Positions 54,951 to 64,000 of a DNA stretch of 64,000 nucleotides are shown one piece after another (positions within the stretch are counted from its first letter, which is position 1; each line of letters starts with the position of its first letter). The stretch lies in the NCBI RefSeq assembly GCF_009914755.1, contig NC_060933.1; one strand, written 5' to 3'. Below the pieces are notes generated by a model. It searched no databases. It was not told where the DNA came from and worked only from the letters and a program-made list of their open reading frames with translations. The stretch is from the human T2T-CHM13v2.0 reference genome, Homo sapiens. A program made the translations under genes and the position numbers.

Positions 54951-55319
54951 ATCACCTGCTGGTGTGGTTTAGGGATAGAATGAGTTCATGTACTTCAGGT
55001 ACTCAAAATGGTGCCAAAGGCCCAGTAATCTCTGCATGGGTATTAGCTAGGAACACCACTGCTGTTTCTCTTATTTGGTTTAAAGATGAGGAAACACAGC
55101 ATGAGAGGCCGAGTAATTTGCCCAAGTTACTGCCCAGGGGCTACCCAGAGGTTGCCCTTCTAACTGGCACACTCTACCAGCCCACTCCGAGTCGCAGGCC
55201 ATCCTGAGAGCCGAGGCTGGGTCAGGACAGACACGATGTGCCCTCGGTGACTTTGAGGACTCCCATTCTACTGGGGGAAGAGAAGGGACCCTATCATCTA
55301 GTGAGTGCCACACAGAGGA

Positions 55320-55470
55320 TCTTACGGAATTCTCACAACAGCCCCAAGGTAGGGATTATCATTCCCATGGGTGGGATGGGAAAACTGAGGCTCAGAAAGG
55401 TAAAGTGACTTGCCCCAAACCAAAGGCTAGTTGGAGGTGGAGCCAGGGTTCACATCCCGCCTGTCGGGCT
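55320..55470 (-). mobile_element. MIR
   Basis: aaactgaggctcagaaaggtaaagtgacttgcccc. Confidence 0.75.
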
Positions 55471-55638
55471 CACTGTTGGTGGGGCTCCCTGCACGCACCC
55501 CTGTGCCTGTGGAGGAGGCACAGACAGAGGCACACAATGGTGAACGGCTTCGTGGACGCTTTCCTTACGGACAGAGGGGACTCAAGGGTCAATTCCGGAA
55601 TGAACGAGCCCGCTTTCTACTCCCAAAGAGGAGCCAGG

Positions 55639-55639
<1 letters not shown>

Positions 55640-55673
<34 letters not shown>

Positions 55674-55692
55674 CAGACAGAGAGAGAAGAGA
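55640..55692. repeat. (TG)n(GA)n microsatellite
   Basis: Read directly. Confidence 0.9.
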
Positions 55693-55961
55693 GGCCCCCT
55701 CATGAATCATCAGGCAGGCTTCAGGGAGGAGGTGGTATTTGCCCTGGACTTTCTAGACTGGCGTACGTGAAAATAGGGAAGGAAGGGTAGGACTTCTGTT
55801 CAGGGTGTTTGGAAGAGCCAGAGTATGAGCTGGACAGGGGTGAGCAAGAGTGAGGTTGGGGTCAGTCCTGACTACAGCAGCATTACCACCAATGATTGTA
55901 CAGGCCAACATTGGGCCGCCATCTACATCATATTGTAGAATGGAATGTTTATCATGACATT

Positions 55962-55975
55962 CCGGCAGATGGCAG
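55962..55975 (+). promoter_or_regulatory. Candidate CTCF site
   Basis: CCGGCAGATGGCAG matches CCRSYAGRKGGCRS at every position. Confidence 0.5.
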
Positions 55976-55989
55976 CAAATATCTGGAGG

Positions 55990-56423
55990 AACTGGGGCTG
56001 GCCATCTCTACCCCCACACCTGCTCTCACCCTTCTCCCTGTTGCTCTGTGCCCTGGAAGGCCAGTGTCTATGGGATCTCTGTTCTTGGGCAGAGAAGCCA
56101 AGGGGAAGCACCGGCAGGAGGCAGGAGGTGGTGGAGAGAGGCTTGAGTATTTATTCCTTTTTTCCCTCCCTGTTGGCTTGGCAGTGGCTGTGCTTGTCTG
56201 TCAAAATCTCCCCAGCTGCAGCCCTAGTGGGATTTCATAACTGCTTTCTTCTGTGGTCCCTTTGGGTCTAAGGGCAGTAACAGCTCCCCTCTGTTGCTAG
56301 GGTATTTCACCACCTTTTGCTAGTTTTTCTTAGCCATGACCACACCTTCATAAATAATGTCTTCGGTAAACTCTCCAATCACCCCTTCTGAGTGAGCCAT
56401 CTGTGTCCTTCCAAACCCTGACA
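55990..56423 (+). mobile_element. LTR33-family (ERVL) solo LTR
   Basis: gctctgtgccctggaagg...gcaccggcaggag...gtatttattcc...ctgttgctag...taaactctcc...gccatctg. Confidence 0.75.
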
Positions 56424-58204
56424 ATTCAAGGGCTCTTTCATAATTTACACAACGATCTTCTTTATGCCAGCAGCAGCTTCAGAAACCTCCTGGCATTCTC
56501 TAGGCATTCTGTAGGCATTTGGGGAGTTGTTCTGAGCAGGTCAGGAAATAACCCCAACTCCATCTCTCATGGGGTGGCTGAAGCAAGCAAAGGTGCAGAG
56601 AACAGGGCAGAGGCAGCACGGTGAGAACTTTTGCCTTTTTTCAACACTTCTGGCACTGACCAGGATCCTGATGAATATTTGTCGTGCTGAGATCCATTGA
56701 ATTCTGCGAGGCGGGGCAGGAGAGGCGGGGCCTTGGGGGACCAGCAAGGGCTGCTCCCTGCCCTCACCTGCAGGATGGTGTTTTTGCCTCAGTTTCCCCC
56801 CTTAGATTGTGAGTGCTCCAAGGCAAGGCTTGATCTCTCAAATCTCTGTCTCCTCCAGCCCAGCCTGTTGGGAGAGCACTGGAAAGTAGCTGGTGGGTGA
56901 CCTGAGCTAGTTGAGCTGGTTTGAGCTGACCTGCAAACTTCCTTTCTGTGGACCCCTGGTTTCCACTGGAAGGTTCACCTGCCCATATCAGAAAAAAGCC
57001 TGACTTTAAAGGATTTTAGAAAACCCCATTTTATTCTTTTTCAAAACGTACGGCAAGTAATCAAGAACATTCCTCCTGAGTCCAGTGCTATTTCCTCTCC
57101 AGTTCACTGCCCCTCAAGCCAAATCCCAAGTCTGCTTTAATGAATATAGAAAACTCACTTGTCATTAGTTGGACAAAAGCTAATGGACTGGAGTCCTTGA
57201 GGACAGTGGGTCTCTTGAGCAAATTAAACACTCCCCTTGCAATCTTGAAGTCAATGTTAAATTGTTTATCAAACCCTTCCTTTCCAGGTAGCATTAAGGT
57301 GAAATTTCCCAAGTTCTGGCCATTAGGTCAGAAAATTATATTGAGCTGGAGACAGGAAGAAGGAGAGGCAATTTCAAAACTGTTTTGTTTTGAAGAGGAA
57401 AAAGGCGTATTGGTTAGGGTCTGGGGAGGGGTCCATAAATATACTTCACCTCTGATGTCACTCTGGCCTTCGCTCATGGCAGACATTGCTAATCAATCAT
57501 ATGCTCCTAACTGTTAACTCAAAACTAAAGCTACTTGCAAACCAGGGCCTAGGGTTGATGGGTCTCCATGATTTTGGTAGTCATTAAAGAGGATGCATCA
57601 TGGGGCAGGGGGATAAGCACTGGGCTGGGTATCAGAAAGCCTGGTCCCAGTTCTGCTGTGTGATCTTCCTGTTTGGGTCTGGTTCCCCTTCTGCTCAAAC
57701 GGGGAAGACTTCCTTGCCTGCCACCAGAGGCCCTTGCAAGGACCTGTCAAGGGCTTGGCTAGAGGAGCTTGCCAGGGCTGCAGAACACTGCCATGGCAGC
57801 TGCACAGTCACGGTTGTTCCAGGCAGTGCCCTTCAGCACACACAGAAATGAGCTCTTCCAGGAGTGGAGACAGCTCTTCAGCCATTTTCTCCTCACAGGG
57901 CTGTTGATGTTTGGGCCCTGTGTGATGTACAACCACATGGTGGCCTATGAGGTGAAGATGTGACTTGGGAGGATCTCTTGGGTCCAGGGCTCCCAGGGCA
58001 GTGTCAGAAAAGCAGAATTATGATGCACGGAAGGGAGGAGATGGGAGCCTTGTCCTAGAGATTCCCTCAGTTGTCTATTTATTCACCCACTCATTCATTC
58101 ATTCATAAATGTTTTCTGCAGATGCCTAAGCTGGGCTCTGATGACTCACCATCCACTCAAGTTGGAGCTGGCCAACGCCTTTTATGGACCTGCACCACCT
58201 CATG

Positions 58205-58410
58205 GTTGAGAGGAGTCCCACAACAGGGCTTGGCTTTGGAGGCAGATCCAGTATTGACTGGCTGTGTGTCCTTGGGCAAGCCATTTCTCCAAGTCCCGGT
58301 TTCCCCATCTGGGAAGCAGGTGAAATAGTCCCCTTCAGAGGGTTCTTGTAGGGGGTCAAATGAGATCAAACATGTTAAAATGCCTGGCATACAGCACTCA
58401 AGGATCGCCA
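58205..58410 (+). mobile_element. MIR
   Basis: gctgtgtgtccttgggcaag...tttccccatctg...tgcctggcata. Confidence 0.7.
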
Positions 58411-59366
58411 GCCAACTGCTGGCTTTTGGACCAATAGCCTCAGCAAACGCTTACAGAAATGGAATTCAGTGCAAATACCCAAAAGAGGAGCTTTCAGAAT
58501 GCCGGAAACATTTTCATATTTGTGCAGGAAGAAAACAAATATTATTTGCCCTAAAACTGTGAGGAGCATGCTAAAGGCTCAGAATGCGGCCGCTGAAAAT
58601 TGAATAACTCCACTTGCAGACGGTGCATCAATTTCATTCAATTTGTAAGCACTTGTCCCTGTAGTCAGGAGGAAAAATGATTTCAGCTCAATCAATCAGC
58701 CTGTTTCTGGGTGGTTTGGGGGAAGCCACCCCATCTCACAGGAGGTTCAGTGTCACCTGGAGCAGAGTGACTGGAGCTTCGTTGTTTTTGTGGCAAATTG
58801 GGGATAGTAGGAGCTTCATTGATTACCTTATTCTATCTCTGTACTACCACATCAGTACCTGCAAGGAGCGACTGTAAGTAGGTGTCTCAGCCTCATGTTT
58901 GGGGGTGTTTAGAGAGTGTCAGTAAGGCATGCTATGGCTACTTCTGCGGCCACAGCTCAGTGCCAAGGGAGTAACACATGGGGAGGAGAGGGGCGTGTCC
59001 ACCCAGGAAGAGCAAAGAGAAGATGGAAGGGAACCCCAAGAGGCAGCCACTGTCTCACTTGGCTTTTCCTTCTTGCCTCTGTCTCACACTACCTAACCTG
59101 AACTGCCCCGGGGCATGCCCTTGGCCACGGTCAAGCACAGAAATATTATTTATTTGGGCATGGACGTCGCTGTGGAGGAACTCGAGCACTGGGTCTCCAA
59201 TACCCACCTTGTCATTCCTCTTGAGGCCTCTAAGTAAAGGTGTTGAAACCAGAAACCAGGGACTTGAAAGGAAAGGACAGCCTAAACACAGACACCACTT
59301 TGACTGACTTTACCTGTCCCTCTCTGATCTTCTTTCTCCCTTCTCTCCCCTCTTTAAACATGCCAG

Positions 59367-59530
59367 CCCACCTGAAGTTCCACTGGGATTCTTTAGGTTA
59401 GGACTTTGCACCATGAGCTACGTTTCTATAAACGGAACGCTCAAGTACAATGTTTGCTACTGAAGGCATGAAGAAGTACCGACGTATCTTCCCAGTTCCT
59501 GGCCACTGAGTGCTATGTAGCGATGGGTAG
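59367..59530 (+). other. Candidate non-coding exon
   Basis: ctgac branch, long pyrimidine tract and cag at 59364-59366; donor TAG/GTGAGA; all three frames closed. Confidence 0.3.
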
Positions 59531-60283
59531 GTGAGAACCCTTAAATGAGGCCAAGACATGCCAGAATCTAGAGGCACAATTGACAACGGGAGAAGCGGGC
59601 ACTCCAGTGGGGCCACCATTTGCATTTGTCCTGCCCTGCCTCCTCTATAAAAGGAAAATAGGAAAGGGGGAAGGAGGAGGACGGTCTCATGAGAGAATCC
59701 CGTCTTTAGGCGTTTGTGTTCAGTTCAGAAGACAAGCCGTGTGCTCAGCCCTGCCAGTACACACACACTGCCCACCCCCACCATGGAACAAGCTCTGATT
59801 GTGTTAAATGTTGACTATTTTCGTGCCACAGCCCCTCGGGGACAGATTCTGGCAAAGATGATAGATAGAGCTTGGAGTGGGAAAGCAGATGATGTTTGAA
59901 AGCACAGTGCCCGGGGAGAACCAGCCTGGGGCTCAGAGAGAAGAGCACGTTTTGTTTGTTTTTGTTTGTTTCAGCTGGATCGCATTCAAAGGAGACAGAG
60001 GGAAGGTTGCAAAATGCCCTTTTTTTGCCCACTATGGAAGCTCGGGCTTTGGGCAGCTGGTGTTTAGCGTCCTATGCTGTTATGTCAGAAGCCCCCACTC
60101 TGGATGGATCAGACCTTATGGGGTCTCTGGGGACACAGAAAGAAATCAGATGTAGTCCCTTCCCTGAGCGCCTCAGTCTGAGGGGAGACAGAGCATGCAT
60201 AGACCAGGCTGATGCAGAGTGACTCACACTGAGACGCAGGCGAGGACTAGGGGCTGGGAATGGAGGGACGGAGCAACTGATGT

Positions 60284-60284
60284 G

Positions 60285-60322
<38 letters not shown>

Positions 60323-60335
60323 ACGCGTGTGTGTG
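60284..60335. repeat. (TG)n microsatellite
   Basis: Read directly. Confidence 0.95.
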
Positions 60336-60908
60336 ACTGTCAGAAGATGAAAAGGATCAGGGAGGAGGGAATTCCTACATGTTTGTGCCTGGGACCTCAT
60401 GCAGAGGAAAGACAGGAATGAAAACTAGAAAGGAAGCAGGAACTGGTTCACGGTGGGCCTTGAGTGCCAGCCTTTAATCCTGAGGAGACATAAAATGAGG
60501 AACCCAGTGAGACTGGAGTTTTCTGGGGAAGGATCCCTCGGGATGGGAAGGAGAGCAACAAGTACAAGAGGGTAGAACAGTGTGAGAGGCAATTCCATCC
60601 ACTTCCGCCCCTGCCTTTGGAGTTCAGCGTGCCTTTGTAAAAACCATGGTTGCCCAGGAGTGTTTCCAGAGGGCAGGGAAGTGCTTCCTGCTAAGCGGAG
60701 TGGAGTGAGACCCTTTTACACTCTGAGCATAGTTGCCCAGTGGGTAGGCTGGGGTGAGGAGGCAGTGAGGCAGAGAACTAAGGAGGTAGAAAGAAAGGAG
60801 GCAGTGTAATAATGTAGCGGGTGGAGCACAGACTTTAAAATAGGACAAACCTGGCTTCAAATTTCAGCTCCACACCTCTGTAACCTTCGGCATGGTATGG
60901 AACACTTC

Positions 60909-61250
60909 TGTATCAGTCAGGATAATCTAGCTTATGCCGCAGTAACAAACAGCTCTGAAATCTAAGTGGCTTAAAATGACCGAGATTGATCTCTTGCTCA
61001 TGCTGCGTGTTCATTAAAGATTTGCTGGGGACTCTATTCATTGTAGTAACTCCAGAACCCAGGTTTATGGAAACTTCTTGTTACTCCTTCCGCAATGACC
61101 AAGGCAATGTGAACAGGGCATGGTAATTCACTCACTGCCCTTAAAGTGAGCTCTTTCACTTCCATTCACATTCCACTGGTCAAAGCTAGTCTGGCCATGC
61201 ACATCTTCTCAGAGTGTGGAAAAGTGAGAATTGAAATAGTTGTGAACAAT
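60909..61250 (-). mobile_element. MLT1L-like LTR inserted in a MIR (MIR ~60805-60908 and ~61250-61370)
   Basis: tgtatcagtcaggataatctagcttatgccgcagtaacaaac...gtggcttaaaa; MIR resumes tctgtaaaatgggaataa. Confidence 0.75.
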
Positions 61251-62209
61251 CTGTCTCAACTTTCTTATCTGTAAAATGGGAATAAAACTACCAACCTCAG
61301 ATGAGCATTGTGAATCTAATGAGATAATGCATGCAGCAGTCTAGGTGAAATATAGTCACACTCAAACAATGACAGCCAAAACAACAACAAAAAGATGTGG
61401 GCAAAAAGGAGAAAAAAGTATAGCATTTGTTGCTTCTGGGATTTCTGAGACAGCAAGGTTGATTTATCTGGAAAAAGCTGCTGTGTCTGGAACAGCTGTA
61501 TCGGGAGCTGCTGCTTTGGAGGTGGCCCCGAGATCGATCCCTGATGCTCCTGGAACTCCTTCCTGCTGGTGAAAGACTTTCCCTCCATGAGTCTCAGGGC
61601 TGAGCTGGGGGTGTTCTTGAAGGCAGCTTCCGGCTTCCTCTCCAAGACTGTGCATTTCAAACACTAATCTAATGCCTTTCCTGCTGCCACCGCAGTCCCA
61701 TGGAAACAGCATTTCCATTCCAAGTTTCAGTTCCCATTCATCACCGTGAAGCGCGATACCTGAGGGGAAACGGTAACTGAGACTTTGTGAGTCTCCAAAG
61801 ACGGGAATGTGTCTGCAGGAGCTGAGTAATTAGAGCAGTTTTCTGCACACATGCCTAGTCTTTATTTAAGACATTTCACTTAGGTACACGTCTAAGTTAT
61901 TCAAAAGTCACTTAGATTTGAGACATGTATATCATTAATTTCTCGTCTCTATTGTAGAATAGTTCAATAAGCACCAATAACCATGACTGCAAGTATTTAT
62001 TGAGGCTAACTATGTTTCAGGCAACTGTACTCAGAGCCTTGCTTGAAATAACTCATTTAATTTTATAACAATGCCTTATTGTTTTCTGTACCCAATTTGA
62101 GAAACTTGCAGGACTCCTAAGGTGTTTCCATATGAAGGAGCTTTAAGTAATCTTTAAGGGGAAAAATGGAATAAATGGAGAATAGTTAGTCTGTGAGACT
62201 AAGAAAAGA

Positions 62210-62440
62210 GCGGTAACTAACATTCACATAGAGCTGAGTATGTTCCAGGCACTTAGGCATATTAGCTCATTAATTGTCTCAATAACTCAAAAGGTAAACA
62301 CTATGGTCACCATTTTATAGTTAAGGTACCTGAGGTATAGAGAGAGTACATAACTCCATCAATATAATAATAGCTAGTGAGTGGCAGAACCAGGATTTGA
62401 ACCCAAATAAGTAGGTTCTTATCCACTATACTATACTGCC
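62210..62440 (-). mobile_element. MIR
   Basis: cattttatag...tgaggtatagagag...tagctagtgagtggcagaaccaggatttgaaccca. Confidence 0.75.
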
Positions 62441-62569
62441 TCTTGGGGTCTCACAATCTCAGCATCTTAAAATACTGAGGGGACTGTCATGTGGAAGACT
62501 TTTCACTAACGTCTAGATCAACACAACCAATATTGATGGTGTAATTGATGATGTAATTGATAGTGTAAG

Positions 62570-62780
62570 CCACAGAAAGGCAGATTTTGACTCTATCTAT
62601 GGAAGGACTTCCACTCAATTGGCATTACTCAAAGATCAGAATTCCTTGTTGATAGCAAGCTCCTTGCCACCAGAAATCCTCAAGAATGGGCCTGGGTGAC
62701 CACTCCCAGCGAGGTGTGGGTGGGATTCCCTCCCTGGGTTTGAGGCTGATATAGATGACCTGTGTTACCCTTTAACATAA
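62570..62780 (+). mobile_element. L3/CR1 3' fragment
   Basis: aggcagatttt...ggaaggactt...tagatgacc. Confidence 0.5.
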
Positions 62781-63069
62781 TTTCATGACCACAACAACTG
62801 CCATGACTTTGGAATATGGCCAAACATTTCCAAACTATTAAAACTGGGAGCAGGTGACAAAACTATGTGGCAAATATGAAGGCCCAGGATACTTTACCTG
62901 AGCTCAGTGGTATCATCAAGTTCAACTCATAACTAAGTGATGCTGACACGTGGTCATGATGCAAATAAGTGTTGTTACCTGGATGATCAATTAACCTCAG
63001 TTCATGTCATCAATTCTAAGTAGTAAAATTTTCACTAATCAAGCCTACATTTTTGTTTTTCTTTTCTAG

Positions 63070-63206
63070 CTGTATTAATTTACCTGAATTTTAAAGCGAG
63101 GCTAAATGTGGTAGTTTTTCTCGATGCTATGTGGGTGTTTTTCTTCTTGGTGAAGCTGTAGAAGGATGGGAAGCAGGGGCATCACTTACTGGGCCAGAAG
63201 AGCCAG
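63070..63206 (+). other. Candidate non-coding exon
   Basis: cactaat branch, ttttgtttttcttttctag acceptor, CAG/GTGAGA donor; 137 nt; all frames closed. Confidence 0.35.
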
Positions 63207-63679
63207 GTGAGAGCCAAGGACCTACGCGGTGAGAGGTCCATGCAGGCCAAGGGAGAGGAGACGTGACAGGAGCATGAGTCGGATGAGCTGGGGTCTGGAG
63301 GGAGCAGACACTGGCAGCAGAAGGTACAGAAACTGTACCCACCCCACAATGGCCCCAGATCCTCTGGGGCCAAAGTCCAGGGCAAGGGCTAAGGAAGCAG
63401 TCAGAGGCCAGGAAACAGGGCAAAAGCAGGAAGTACACAAGGAAGAGGCTTGGCCCCTGCCTCAGTCTCTGGGCATTTGTCTGGCTCCCCTGGGGCAGAA
63501 GACAGTTCTAGCTGGGTGGGCCTAAGCTCTGGATGCAGGGACAAGAAATTGGTGGTAATTGATGAGAGCAAAAAGACCCAGCACAGGGGTCCCAGGAGGT
63601 CCTGGTAGCAAGTCCAGGCCAGTGTTCTCAGGCAAACCTCCTGCGGCCCCAGCTCCTACCCCCACAGGAGGCCACAGGG

Positions 63680-63810
63680 CCGGGATTCCAGTCCCAGCAC
63701 TGCCCCTGACTCAGCAGGTAACCTTGGCAACATCCCTTCCTTCTCTGGCCTCAGTTTCTCATCTCTACAGTGGGAGAATTGGTCTAGATATTTCCTAAGG
63801 ACCTCCTGAT
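63680..63810 (+). mobile_element. MIR/MIR3
   Basis: ggtaaccttggcaa...cctcagtttctcatct...ctagatatttcctaagg. Confidence 0.6.
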
Positions 63811-64000
63811 CGTGAAATAAACACAACAGAGGCAGCTTTCAAAGATCTTCTTCCCCTTCTCCTTCCAAAGGGCTGGCAGGGAGTTTAAACCAACTTTGAG
63901 CCTCTCTCTTCTCTGCTTAAGAATTGAAGATTTCTATGAACTGGACTTTTTGATTTACAGTCCCAAGTGGTGTAGGAGGGAATAATAAGCTCTTTAGACT

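Overview
Human genomic DNA: primate Alu/L1 content, and the human-specific AluYb8 at 35233-35533 fixes the species. The region is about 50% GC, rich in MIR/L2, and intergenic or deep intronic. I cannot support any protein-coding exon and cannot name the locus; the ORFs I examined come from repeats, low-complexity DNA or chance. Much of the window is transposon fossil (Alu, L1PA2/3, L1PA7, L1MC, L2, MIR, L3/CR1, MaLR/ERVL LTRs, MER3/53/81/94/104), often nested with readable target-site duplications (TSDs). Highlights: a near-canonical REST/NRSF RE1 site (5255-5275); a cluster at 20.5-24.5 kb comprising a 1.86-kb TG-rich repeat, a CAGGTG tandem, a CpG/GC-box/CCAAT promoter-like element, a CpG-retaining Alu and a GGAA/CCTT tract; two apparent locally templated insertions that copy nearby DNA into old transposons (204 bp at ~95% identity; 39 bp at 82%); several candidate developmental enhancers; and candidate + strand non-coding exons near 59.4 and 63.1 kb. 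Repeat subfamilies were assigned by eye from remembered consensus sequences, and old-repeat boundaries are approximate.
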